Below are positions 23,807-36,846 of a stretch of DNA of 64,000 bases, one piece after another; position 1 is the first letter of the stretch; each line of letters opens with the position of its first letter. Source of the stretch: Octopus vulgaris (lineage: Eukaryota); the NCBI GenBank assembly GCA_951406725.2, contig OX597816.1:10044001-10108000 (forward strand). Direction: 5' to 3'. The notes below the pieces were generated by a model. It searched no databases, was not told the DNA's origin, and worked only from the letters and a program-made list of their open reading frames with translations. The position numbers were made by a program, and so were the translations under genes.

Positions 23807-25632
23807 TAAAAGGCAGACTATGATGCATGTGTATGTACAACCATGCTACATGGTAGTGAAACATGGGCCGTGACTGCTGAGGACATGCGTAAGCTCGCAA
23901 GAAATGAAGCCAGTATGCTCCGATGGATGTGTAATGTCAGTGTTCATAATCGTCAGAGTGTAAGTACCTTGAGAGAAAAGTTGAACCTAAGAAGTGTCAG
24001 TTGTGGTGTGCAAGAGAGACGGCTGCGCTGGTATGGTCATGTGACGAGAATGGCTGAAGATAGTTGTGTGCAAAAGTGCTACACCCTAGCAGTTGAGGGA
24101 ACCTGTGGAAGAGGTAGACCCAGGAAAACCTGGGACGAGGTGGTGAAGCACGACCTTCGAACTTTAGGTCTCACTAAGGAAATGACTAGAGACCGAGACC
24201 TATGGAAATATGCTGTGCGTGAGAAGACCCGGCAAGATTAGTCAGGCCATAACCCGTGGCCCCTACCTGGGACGTAGTCAGTCCACCTGTGCATACCTTC
24301 CTTCTTGTGACACTTATGAAGACCTGTTGAGGCAAGTGAAGATCAAATCAAAACAAATCAAAATAGATGAACGTCAATGGAATTTGTATCTTTGTGGTAC
24401 CAGTGCCGGTGGCACACAAGAAAACCATCCGAACGTGGCCGTAGCCAGTACCGCATCGACTGGCCTCCGTGCTGTGGGCACATAACAAACACCATCCGAT
24501 CGTGGCCGTTCGCCAGCCTCATCTGGCACCTGTGTCGGTGGCACATAAAAACACCATCCGAAGACCCGGCAAGACTAGTCAGGCCATAACCCGTGGCCCC
24601 TACCTGGGACGTAGTCAGTCCACCTGTGCATACCTTCCTTCTTGTGACACTTGTGAAGACCTGTGAAGACGTGTTGAGGCAAGTGATAATCAAATCAAAT
24701 CAAAACAAATCAAAATAGATGAACATCAATGGAATTTCTATCTTTGTGGTACCAGTGCCGGTGGCACACAAGAAAACCATCCGATCGTGGCGGTAGCCAG
24801 TACCACATCGACTGGCCTCCGTGCTGTGGGCACGTAACAAACACCATCCGATCGTGGCCGTTCGCCAACCTCATCTGGCACCTGTGTCGGTGGCACATAA
24901 AAACACCATCCGAAGACCTGGCAAGACTAGTCAGGCCATAACCCGTGGCCCCTACCTGGGAATGTAGTCAGGCCATAACCCGTGGCCCCTACCTGGGACG
25001 TAGTCAGTCCACCTGTGCATACCTTCCTTCTTATGACACTTGTGAAGACCTGTTGAGGCAAGTGTGTGACACTTGTGAAGACCTGTTGAGGCAAGTGTGT
25101 GACACTTGTGAAGACCTGTTGAGGCAAGTGAAAATCAAAAAAATCAAAATAGATGAACATCAATGGAATTTGTATCTTTGTGGTACCAGTGCCGCTGGCA
25201 CACAAGAAAACCATCCGAACGTGGCCGTAGCCAGTACCGCATCGACTGGCCTCCGTGCTGTGGGCATGTATCAAACACCATCCGATCGTGGCCGTTCGCC
25301 AGCCTCATCTGGCACTTGTGTCGGTGGCACATAAAAACACCATCCGAGCGTGGCCGTCTGCCAGTATCGTCTGGCACCTGTGTCGGTGGCACATAAAAAA
25401 CACCATCTGAGCGTGGCCGTTCGCCAGCCTCGTCTGGCACCTGTGTCGGTGGCACATAAAATCACCCACTACACTCTCGGAGTGGTTGGCGTTAGGAAGG
25501 GCATCCAGCTGTAGAAACACTGCCAGATCTGACTGGCCTGGTGCAGCCTTCGGGCTCCCCAGACCCCAGTTGAACCGTCCAACCCATGCTAGCATGGAAA
25601 GCGGACGTTAAATGATGATGATGTTGATGATG
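23807..25632 (+). mobile_element. 5'-truncated RTE-clade LINE with internally triplicated 3' UTR and (GAT)n tail
   Basis: ORF end HGSETW...RRLRWYGHVTRM...GRGRPRKTW...DRDLWK; UTR units start at 24223, 24560 and 24912; terminus ggacgttaaatgatgatg. Confidence 0.92.
23843..24241 (+). pseudogene. C-terminal part of an RTE reverse-transcriptase ORF
   Basis: 132-aa open frame with diagnostic RTE C-terminal motifs; upstream part missing. Confidence 0.9.
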
Positions 25633-25928
25633 ATATATATATATATATGATTTGTATGTATATGTGCGTTTAAGCATGAACACAAAACATTTTCATCTAA
25701 GTGTTATCTTCCTTTCAACTTCTACTTCCTTTTCTTTCTCTTAACGGTTACAACAGCGAAAGCTCATTACATCATTTTCTCTGAACTAGAATGTATAATT
25801 TTCACGTTCATATTTGACTTTTTCGCGTTTCAATCATTTTTCCCTGTTTTTAATCATTCTCGAATTTGATGGACATATAGCGGTACGTAAGCTGACTCAG
25901 GAAATCTCTAGTGAAACTTTTCATTGAT

Positions 25929-25978
25929 GTACCCAAAGAGATCCAGAACAGGTCGAAACATGTGTTGTACTCAATAAA
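25929..25978 (+). ncRNA. Degenerate hammerhead-like motif followed by AATAAA
   Basis: GTAC-CCAAAGA-GATC-cagaaca-GGTC-GAAA-CATGTG-TT-GTAC-tc-AATAAA; the CUGANGA core is mutated. Confidence 0.35.
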
Positions 25979-27008
25979 GTCTGTTACACATTCCATCTCC
26001 TATTTTATTAATACTGTTACCCCAACCACCACTATGAAGTTCCTGCAATAAATCTACTGATAACAACAGGTATCCGAAACTGTGCCAGTACTTTACTCAT
26101 CATCTATTTATACAATTTTTTATAATTTCTCCATTATTTATATATATATATTATCATCATCATCATCGTTTAACATCCGTTTTCTATGCTAGCATGTGTT
26201 GGACGGTTCAACCGGGGTCTGGGAAGCCAGGAGGCTGCATCAGGCTCCAGTCTGATCTGGCAGTGTTTCTACAGCTGGATGCACTTCCTAACGCCAACCA
26301 CTCTGTGAGTGTAGTGGGTGCTTTTTACGTGCCACCATTACAGGGGCCAGGGGCCATATATATATATATATATATATTGGCCTGCTCGCTTAGCCAGCGG
26401 GGTAGCTTCATTTGAAGGCTAAAACAATGCGAAGCGCATTGTGACCAGCGATGTGTAACAACATCTGATAGCCTGGTCGGTCACGTGATCATGTGATATA
26501 TATATATATAATGGACTCTCCTGTTGTTAGATGACATATGAGTGTTCTTCAACAATTTCTTACTGAACAACCACAGATGTTTTGTTTATTGTGAGCAAAT
26601 GTGTGTGTATACATAAGCTCACTCTCTTCCCCGAATCGACATTACCTGTACAGGTGCAACGGGTTCCACATGTCAGATGATGAACTGACTGCAGAGCAAC
26701 CTGAAATGAAGTTTTTTGCTCAAGAACACAACGCAATACCCAGTCTGAGAATCGAACCCACAATCTCGCAATCGGGAGTGCAGCACCTTAACCACTGAGC
26801 CATGCACCTTCTCTCTCTCACACACACACACACACATATGAGTAGTATAAGATGTGGATTTAGAGAATTCTGCAGCTGTCACAGAAAGCTCCTCTAACAG
26901 ACTCGGCTATCAGTTCCTATAGTAATTAATTAGAAAGAAGTGTGTTCCTAAGTGTCCGTGCAACTGGAAATTTGGAAAATCCAGTCAATGCAATTATTTC
27001 ATGAGGAA

Positions 27009-27506
27009 TATATAAAGCCATAAAGTCAGAAGCTACGAGAGGGGAATTTATATTTATTTCACCATGTGATTGCCATTGGATTATGGCCACTTCACAACCG
27101 TCTTCTTTTTAGTATTTCAGTACGGAAAACATAATGCATACAAGTTTGCATTAATATAATGCTTAGCATAATAAAATACAATTGTATATTCACAAATTAA
27201 TGCAAATAAAGGAAGCTAGCTCATTAGATCATTGGAATAACATGGTGAATTGAGTTGGATTGTTAGTGTAAGCATGACATCCCAGTGATCTGACGAGCTA
27301 GCTTCATTTGCATTAATTCTTGAATATATAATTGTATTGCATAATGCTGAGCATACACATTAATGAGGATGTGTGTGTGTTATTTCTTCCATACTGAAAT
27401 TAATATATGTAGAGGCTTGTGAAACAGCTGTAACTTTATGGAAGTCACAGGGTTAAATTTATATATATTTACCTCTCATATCTCCCAACTTTAAGTTTCT
27501 ATATAT
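27009..27506. mobile_element. Fold-back element, ~230-bp diverged arms
   Basis: aatacaattgtatattcacaaattaatgcaaat...gaagctagctcattagatcattgg pairs with ccagtgatctgacgagctagcttcatttgcattaattcttgaatatataattgtatt; similarity extends to both ends. Confidence 0.75.
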
Positions 27507-28139
27507 ATATATGAATATCATCATCATCATCATCGTTTAACGTCCGCTTTCCATGCTAGCATGGGTTGGATGAATGACTGAGGGCTGGCGAACCAGATGG
27601 CTGCACCAGACTCCAATCTGATCTGGCAGAGTTTCTACAGCTGGATGCTCTTCCTAACGCCAACCACTCCGTGAGTGTAGTGGGTGCTTTTATGTGCCAC
27701 CAGCATGAGGGCCATCAGGCAGTACTGGTAATATATGTGTGTTTATGTCTCCTTTTCTTGACATCATGCAGGAGATATAAACAAGCATGTCTCTCATACA
27801 AACAGTGTCCTTCATTTCCAGTCCACTGTGAAATCATGTCTGGCCATAATATTGCTTTGCTTGGAAACAGGGAGGGTTGGCTGTAAGAAGGGCATTTGGC
27901 TGCAAGTGAAAGCATACAGGCAAAAGGGGTGAAATGCTTATAGCCTTGAGATACCTGCTGAAGGTAAAAATGGTTTCCAGCATTGTGATAGCTTTACTCA
28001 TCATAAGAACTTCTAATACCTTCAAATAACTCCTGCGGTTTTTGTGCAGCACAAAGCATCCCTGCTGTTTTTTTCTTTACAAAAGTTTCTAATCTTTGAA
28101 AAAATAAAATGCCATATATTTCAAACAGAATATTTTTAA

Positions 28140-28361
28140 CCCTTTAGTGTTTAAACCAGCTATATCCGGTCCGAATATTCCACTCCTTTTATGCTCAAAC
28201 TGGCCAGAACCAGACTCTCACACCTACCCTGCAATGTCATTCTAAAAATAAACAATTACATCTTTCAAATCTTGAAGCTACGAGATAATACCAGATTTTA
28301 ATTTTTTTAAATGTAAATGAATAAGGATTACTTCTGACATATAAATTTGAACGCTAAAGGG
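28140..28361. mobile_element. piggyBac-type MITE with TTAA TSD
   Basis: TTAA-ccctttagtgtttaaa ... tttgaacgctaaaggg-TTAA. Confidence 0.85.
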
Positions 28362-28479
28362 TTAAAGGTTAAAAACATCACCTGTAGATGTGAAACTTGT
28401 TGACAATGCAGAAGTGAGGAATTAACAAAATTGTCTTGATATAGATTCATTCTTAATCCAGAGATTGTATAAAAATATT

Positions 28480-28704
28480 TTAACTCTCCTTGTATCAAAC
28501 CGCTTGGACTGCTCCTGGTTCTATGATGCCAACTTTCTCTTTTAGATATGGTCTAAATTAAAATCTTGCATCAAAATTTCGTGTTGATTTATGTTTCAAG
28601 CACTGTTTTAATAATAGCAAAAATATTTTCCTAAATTCTTGGTTATTTTCCAAATCAATTGAAATGAAAATATTTCTACAGAAACATTGTAACGAAAGAG
28701 TTCA
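28480..28704. mobile_element. Second, degraded piggyBac-type MITE (related copy at ~5950-6166 in the opposite orientation)
   Basis: ttaactctc...gaaagagttcaa ends; internal ctcctggttctatg matches catagagccagggg at ~6125. Confidence 0.5.
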
Positions 28705-30169
28705 ATCATAATTTAGTCCTCATGCTTCATTTCAACTCTGGCCTTCCATAGAATTTTTAATTTTCTTTGGAAACCTACGGATAAGTTCAATTTGCTGTTT
28801 TTCAGCTGTTATAACTCAACGGTATTTTAAAGAAGTGTGAAATATTTTGATTTTTTTCACAGAAAAAAATACTTGTTGATATATAAACTGGACTATTGGT
28901 TTCTGTTTTAATTTGAACCAAAGTTAATCAACAACTTTGAATAATTATTAAACAAAAACAAATTTTCTCAGCTGAGACATTGACATTATTTGATGAATTA
29001 TCAATAGACACGATTTGATGGATTGTGTTTAGATGTATGTAATGTATGTATAAGGAGAAAATTCTGGTTGAAGATTAAAATTTAAATAGAAAATTGAAGC
29101 ATGGCTAATAAATCTAAAAGAAAAAAAAAACAAAAATGAAAAACAACAAAAAACACCAACAAAATAAAGCGTTTTGTTTTTCTTTTGTAATTATTATCTA
29201 TTTACATAAAACACATTAAAAAATAATAAAGCTAAAATTTAAACATCTTTATTTTGTTTTTTATTTCTTTCTGATGTTTTTGAGTAATTTTATTTCTTAA
29301 TTTCCTCTCCAATAAATCATTCTGTGCGCGATGACATAGCTGAAAGAAGTTAATTTCTCCCTCTTTTGTTCTTTCCTTCCTTCACTCACTCCCACACTCA
29401 CATTCGTCTGTTTGCGCCGGTTATTTGTTGTCTATGTATATACCATGTAAGTCACTTTATCAAATTCCTGTCATTTTACAACACTGGCATTCTTCTAAGT
29501 CGTTTAACAAAGTAATGGACATTTAATTACAGTCATGTTGTTATGCTCTCTGAATAGAATGTGATACCTGAGATTTTGTAAACCAATTAAGCAACCTCTG
29601 ATCTGTATCAAATTCTTGAAATATTTCCTGTTTCAAACCTCTCTGCGGAACGGTCTTTTAAGTTCAGCAATAAGATAACGGTGGATAAAACATTTTTAGT
29701 AATGGCTTTTGTTTTCAGTAGGGTTCACTGTGGTCACTTTGAATAGGGTTCACTTGTGGTTATTGTAAAGGAGACGATGTTGTAAAGAATAGGGAATATT
29801 GATAACAATAGGTATTGATTGGTATTGGATATTGAAATAATTAGATTTGATTCTAGTTTAGGAAACTTGAAGAATTAACGAGTGAATACAACATAATTAC
29901 AGAGTTTTCTTTGAGAAGTAGCATTATGTAAATCTCTTGTAGAAGATAAGCTGATACAATAGATTACAAGAGAAGTCTGTCACTTGAAGAAAGGAATGGT
30001 TTAAAGTATTGTTAAAGATCATGGACATTAATGGGTGTCTTGTGATACAAGGGTTGTGTAGCAGTGTTGCGTAACTTATAGAATTACACCAAACTATATT
30101 ACAGTGAACCATCACTTGCAAGTAGGTAGAGTCTGGTAATATGTACTGTGCTTTCACTAACTCTTTTCT

Positions 30170-30452
30170 ATGCCTATGCCAGTGCCGCCTTGGCTGCCTT
30201 CTGTGCCGGTGGCATGTTAAAAGCACCGACCGATCGTGGCCGATGCCAGACTCCCTTTGCACCTATGCAGGTGGCACGTAAAAAGCACCCACTACACTCG
30301 CAGAGTGGTTGGCGTTAGGAAGGGCATCCAGCTGTAGAAACACTGCCAGATCAGACTGGAGCCTGGTGCAGCCCCTGGCTTCCCAGACCCCGGTCGAACC
30401 GTCCAACCCGTGCTAGCACAGAAAGCGGACGCTAAACGATGATGATGATGAT
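30170..30452 (+). mobile_element. RTE 3' end remnant
   Basis: Nearly identical to 6490-6770. Confidence 0.85.
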
Positions 30453-30476
30453 GTTGTCAAAAGTTGATACAAACAC

Positions 30477-30882
30477 TTACTCTTTTACTTGTTTCAGTCA
30501 TTTGACTGTGGCCATGCTGGAGCACCGCGTTTAGTCGAACAAATCGACCCCAGGACTTATTCTTTGTAAGCCTAGTGCTTATTCTATCGGTTTCTTTTGC
30601 CAAACCACTAAGTAACGGGACATAAACACACCAGCATCAGTTGTCAAGCGATGTTGGGGAGGGGGGACAAACACAGGCACACAAACATATCCTCACACAC
30701 ACATATATATACATATATATGACGGGCTTCTTTCAGTTTCCATCTACCAAATCCACTCACAAGGCTTTGGTCAGCCCGAGGCTATAGTAGAAGACACTTG
30801 CCCAAGGTGCCACGCAGTGGAACTGAACCCGGAACCATGTGGTTGGTAAGCAAGCTACTTACCACGCAGCCACTCCTACACC
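30477..30882 (-). mobile_element. SINE family A
   Basis: Complete reverse-strand copy. Confidence 0.85.
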
Positions 30883-31129
30883 TTGTTCAGAACTCCCACT
30901 CACCTCTTGACTCAGTGGGAAATATAGCATGTGACAGTTGATGGTGGTGAGGAGCTACACCAGTACCTAGCTGGCACCCACTTATTAGTCTCTGTAAATC
31001 TGTAGACTTGAGAAATGTGAAATGAAGTATTTTGCTCAAGGGTATGATATGCTACCAGTCTGAGCAAAAGCTGAACCCATAACATTATAATAAGGGGTTG
31101 AATGCTGTACAATCATGTACCAAATACTG

Positions 31130-32155
31130 TATGGCTGTGAGCTAAATGCTGTATGATTGTATACGAAAGGCTGCCAGGCTGTGTGCCGAGTGCTGTATGG
31201 CTATGTCAAGTGTTGTACAGCTGTGAGACTAGAGAACACGGTATGGCTGTGTGAGAGTGTTGTAGGGCTGTGAGACTAGTGTTGTATGGGTGTGAGTGAG
31301 TGCTGTGCAGCTATGAAACGAATGCTATACAACTGTAAGAGAGTGCTGTCTGGCTGTGTGCCGAGTGCTGTATGGCTATGTTAAGTGTTGTAGGGCTGTG
31401 AGACTAGAGCTGTACTGCTGTGAGATGAATACTGTATGGCTGTGAGACAAGTGCTGTACAGCTGTGAGATGAGTGCTGTACAGTTATGAAACAAATGCTG
31501 TACAACTGTGAGATGAGTGTTGTATGGCTGTAAGAGAGTGCTGTACGGCTGTGATATGAGTGTGATACAGCTGTGAGACAAGTGCTGTATGGCTGTGAAC
31601 TGAGTGCTGTACAACTGAGATGAGTGCTGTATGACTGTAAGACTAGTCCTGTATGACTGAAATGAATGCTGTATGGCTGTCATATGAGTGTGATGCAGCT
31701 GTGAGACAAGTGCTGTATGGCTGTGAACTGAGTGCTGTACAACTGAGATGAGTGCTGTATGACTGTAAGACTAGTCCTGTATGACTGAAATGAATGCTGT
31801 ATGGCTGTCATATGAGTGTGATACAGCTGTGAGACAAGTGCTGTATGGCTGTGAAATGAGTGCTGTACAACTGAGATGAGTGCTGTATGACTGTAAGACT
31901 AGTCCTGTATGACTGAAATGAATGCTGTATGGCTGTCATATGAGTGTGATACAGCTGTGATACAAGTGCTGTATGGCTGTGAAATGAGTGCTGTATGGCT
32001 ATGAAATGGATGTTGTATGGCTGTGAGACGAGTGCTGTATGTCTGTGATGAGTGTTGTACAGCTGTGAGCCAAATGCTGTATAGTCAGGAGACAAATGTA
32101 AAACCATGCGCTGTTGTATGACCATGAGTTGAATGCCGTATGGTTGTGAGCGAAA
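31130..32155. repeat. ~22-bp minisatellite (gagtgctgtatggctgtgagat) containing a 128-bp higher-order repeat
   Basis: atgagtgtgat(a/g)cagctg recurs at 31556, 31684, 31812 and 31940. Confidence 0.9.
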
Positions 32156-33014
32156 CATGGTACATTCACGAGCATTATATATTATATTATATCAGACATT
32201 GTGAGCACAAAATGGCAGCACATATCTAGCTTGAGATGAATGGTGGTTAAAAACTAAATATAAGAAATTATAAAAGAAAAAAATAACAAAAATAAGAAAA
32301 CAAGCAAAGCAAAACATTTGTGTTCGTTATTTGGTAATATTATAATGAATTTTTACTATTAATACTTTGAATACTTTTATTATTGAATTTCATTGTTTGC
32401 ATTTCTATTTTTACCATATTTCAGTTGATGTATTCAATGACCGTTTTCGAGACGCTGTATTTCTACATATAGAATCTGCTGAATTTTTATTTATAACATA
32501 TAGTTTCGAATATGCTACCTATTTCAAGATCAATTTGTTTAATAGTTTAATTCAATATATTATTATGCTCTTGCATATATGTATGTATATATAAATATAT
32601 ATATGTATATATATATTTTCATTTCAGAAGCACAGAAAACATCTATTTTCTAAGACTTTCCAAAATCGATTCTCTTCTTTCAGACTATGTTATGTTGATA
32701 TTTGAAAGCACATAGACTAACATATCAAAGTTTGATAAGAAAAGAAATTCTTTGAAATGATAATGTGGCACATATTGATTTCATTTGTTGTTGTTGTTTA
32801 GTGCCAGGTCAGTCTTCAAGCAGATCTAAGATCAAAGGTGTTCCAGCCGTGTCCATCTCATATTTTTGTTTATCAGAGTCAATACTGTTTGGTGTCTTCT
32901 CCTTTATTTATAATGTAGAACAGTGTTTCTCAATCAGGATTCCTTGGAATTCTAGGGTTCCGTGAGAAAGAGTGAGATAAGCTAATGCTAATTTCAACAC
33001 ATATATATATATAA

Positions 33015-33309
33015 TGTGATCATGTGACCGACCAGGCTATCAGATGTTGCTACACATCGCTGGTCACAATGTGCTTCGCATTGTTTCAGCCTTCAAATGA
33101 TGCCACCCCGCTGGCTAAGCGAGCAGGCCAACAGAAGAAAGAGTGAGAGAAAGTCGTGGTTAAAGAGTACAGCAGAGATCGCCACCACCCCCTGCTGGAG
33201 CTTTGGGTGTTTTCGCTCAATAGACACTCACAATGCCCAGTCTGGGAATTGAAACCGCAATCCTACGACCGTGAGTCTACTGCCCTAACCACTGGGCCAT
33301 TGTGCCTCC
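33015..33309 (-). mobile_element. SINE family B, tail type 3 (tail alone also at 26376-26497)
   Basis: Family-B head joined to ttggcctgctcgcttagccagcgggg...ggtcggtcacatgatcac. Confidence 0.75.
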
Positions 33310-33674
33310 ACTTTCAGTGGCGTAGAAATTCCCCACCTGGACGGGACACTGGTCCATCACAGGATTATTCATTTTTGCCAGCTGAGTGGACTGGAGCAAC
33401 ATCAAATGAAGTGTTTTGCTCAAGAACACAACGCATCGCTCGGTCGAGGAATTGAAACCACTACCTTACAATCACGAGTTCAACACCCTAACCACTAAGC
33501 CATGCGCCTTCAAACACACACACACATATATATATATATCAGCAGCAAAAATATTCAGAATTGAATATTTATATAGATATTAATATTGTTATTATTATTG
33601 AAGTTAATACAAACAGTCCATAATAACAGCAATATTAATATAGGTGGTTACAGGCCTAAATCAGCATTATATAG

Positions 33675-34192
33675 CTATAGAATTAGATGTGGTGTGCAAG
33701 AGAGACGAATGCACTGGTATGGTCATGTGATGTGTATGGATGAGGACAGCTGTGTGAAAAAGTGTCACACCCTAGCAGTTGAGAGAAACCTGTGAAAGAG
33801 GAAGACCTAGGATGAGGTGGTGAAGCACAACCTTTGAACATTGGGCCTCACTGAGGCAATGATTACTGACCGAGACCTTTGGAGATCTGCTGTGCTTCAG
33901 TAGACCTGACAAGCCAAGTGAGACCATAACCTGTGTATAACCAGCCCACTTATGAGTACCCTTCATTCATTAGGCAATAAACTTTGCTTGCAAAGACATG
34001 TTGAGGCAAGTGAAATCAAAATCGCTGGTGGTCGATGACAGTGCCACCTTGTCCACACTCATGCCAGTGGAATGTTAAAAGCACCATCTGAGTATGATCG
34101 TTGCCAATATTGCCTGACTGGCCCTCATGCCTGTGGCACATAAAAGTATTCACTATATTCTCAGAGTGGTTAGCATTAGGAAGGGCATCCAG
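33675..34192 (+). mobile_element. Older RTE 3' fragment
   Basis: RCGVQERRMHWYGHVMCMDEDSCVKKCHTLAVE followed by UTR motifs. Confidence 0.85.
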
Positions 34193-34919
34193 GGTCTAGT
34201 CATACAAACTGACCCTACTACTTACTTGTTTAAGTATGGTACTTCTTCTATCAGTCTCTGTTGGTGAGCTGCTAAGTTACAGGGACACAAACTAACCAAC
34301 ATCAGTTGTCAAGCACAGGTGGTGGATAAACACACACGCACATGTATGTATGTGTGTGTATATAGTTAATCCACTCAAAAATATATATATGTGTGAATAT
34401 AAGTTGAGCTTCATTCACGTTCCGTCTACCAAATCCACTTACAAGGTTTTGATTGGCCCAAGGCCATAGAAGAGGACACTCACCCTTTTTGCCACACAGT
34501 GGGACTGAACCCAAAACCCTGTGGTTGGAAAGCAAACTTCTTAATCACACAATGAATCCTATGCCTTTGTGAATTTGCACATGATTTTTTTCCCCTGTCT
34601 GCTAATTGCAATAACACATGCCCATGCATAAGCACACTTCTTAGAAACAGCATTGTTATTAAATACCATTTATCTGAAAGCTTTCTCCATATTGCTTCCT
34701 CGTACTGTCTGATGAGAGGAAAACTTATTTGCACAGGTTTCTCAGAGGTGATTCAACAAAGTTAAAACAGGAGCAATTAACTAAACAATTTAACACCCCA
34801 GAGGTTTAAATATTACTTTGTAATTAATGATCTTCTGGCACAAAGAAGACATGCAGATTTTATCTAGTTTCAGCATAGAGTAATTGTTTTGAATATGACA
34901 TTCTCTCTGTCTTGAAATA

Positions 34920-35302
34920 CTGTGTAGAGTCAAAATGTTGTATAGTCAAAATATTGTGTAGAGTCAAAATATTTTGTAGGGTCAAAATATTGTATAGAGT
35001 CAAAATATTGTATAGTCAAAATATTGTGTAGAGTCAAAATATTTTGTAGGGTCAAAATATTGTATAGTCAAAATATTGTATAGTCAAAATATTGTGTAGA
35101 GTCAAAATATTGTATAGTCAAAATATTGTGTAGAGTCAAAATATTTTGTAGGGTCAAAATATTGTATAGTCAAAATATTGTGTAGAGTCAAAATATTGTG
35201 TAGGGTCAAAATATTGTATAGTCAAAATATTGTGTAGAGTCAAAATATTGTGTAGGGTCAAAATATTGTGTAGAGTCAGAATATTGTGTAGAGTCAATAT
35301 TT
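34920..35302. repeat. Minisatellite of mixed 18- and 16-bp units (gtcaaaatattgtgtaga / gtcaaaatattgtata)
   Basis: About 22 units visible directly. Confidence 0.95.
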
Positions 35303-36052
35303 TGGTAACTAATTGCATGTAATTACTTGTTCCGATCCATGGCTCACTTCCTGTGCTCATGATGCTTCATCAACCAAGAGGACATGGAAGCTTCAGTAAA
35401 AGAGCCCTTTACCTCGAAGGACAAGAACAGGTATGGATATGGGATCAAAGAACTGACAGAAAGATGGCCTCTACTTTGAATGCTATCCTGCTTTTTGGTG
35501 TAACCTAATGAATAAAGCAAAGAAGTTACCAAAATATTGCAAAACTTTCCAATTAGCACATTAATTAATCATCATCATTCTTGTCATAACATCCACTTTT
35601 CCATGCTTGCATGAGTCAGGCAAAATTTGCTGAGGCAGGTTTTCTTCAGCTGGATGGTTTTCCTGTTACCAATCCCCACCTGTTTCCAAGCAAGGTAATA
35701 TTTCCTTATAGTCAGACATGTTTTGCACAGCAGACAGGAAATGAACAATATACTTTTCTATGCTAGGCACAAGGCCTGAAATTTTGGAGGAGGGGACCAG
35801 TCGATTAGATTGACCTCAGTATGCAACTGGTACTTAATTTATTGACCCCAAAAGGATGAAAGGCAAAGTCAACCTCAGCAGAATTTGAACTCAGAACGTA
35901 AAGACATGAAATACTGCTAAGCATTCACCCAGTGTGCTAATGACTCTGCCAGCTCATTACCTTAATAAATGCAGGAATATTGCATCACATATGTTGGGAA
36001 TGCTCATTTACAACTATCATGTGATGTTGAGATAAAGTTACATACAAACTCT

Positions 36053-36090
<38 letters not shown>

Positions 36091-36815
36091 TGATGGGATG
36101 CTTTCAGTTTCCATCAACTAAATCCACTCACAAGGCTTTGGTCAGCCCAGGGCAATACTAGAAGACACTAGGCCAAGATGCCTTGCAGCAGGAATGAACC
36201 TGAAACCACATGATTGGGAAGCAAGCTTCTTAACCACATAGCCATGATGCACCTACAATGTCTATTCATCATCATCATCATCATCATCATTGTTTAACGT
36301 CCGCTTTCCATGCTAGCATGGGTTGGATAATTTGACTGAGGACTGGCGAACCAGATGGCTGCACTAGGCTCCAATCTGATCTGGCAAAGTTTCTACAGCT
36401 GGATGCCCTTCCTAATACCAACCACTCTGAGAGTGTAGGGAGTGCATTTACATCTATTATATGAGATATTTGATTCTCTTAAAACATAAAAAAAATTTTA
36501 TTGGTCCCAAATGTGGGACAGAGGCTGTATTTTCTGTTTGTTACTGTTGTTTATCCTTCAGCCAGCCTTGACCAGACAGTCATGTGATCAAATGTATTGA
36601 TGCCTTGACCATTTTATCCTTTTTGTGAGAATTGCATGTCACCAAATACATTGGCCAATGTGTTCTTTGCAAAAGATGTGATGGTATGCTTTGAGGGAGA
36701 TTTGGCTGCTATATGTGGCCTTAAAAAGGCTGCTACACTGGTTTGTCTTTTGTTGTCAATGTGTGTATATTTAAGATTAAACCACATCTGTATTTAATAA
36801 ATTTTCACTTATTGA

Positions 36816-36846
<31 letters not shown>

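Noticed and set aside
25190-25470. Repeat-spacer-like array (ggtggcacataaaaacaccatccg) resembling CRISPR
   Set aside because: The 'spacers' are homologous to each other, the array lies in an RTE 3' UTR, the context is eukaryotic and there are no cas genes
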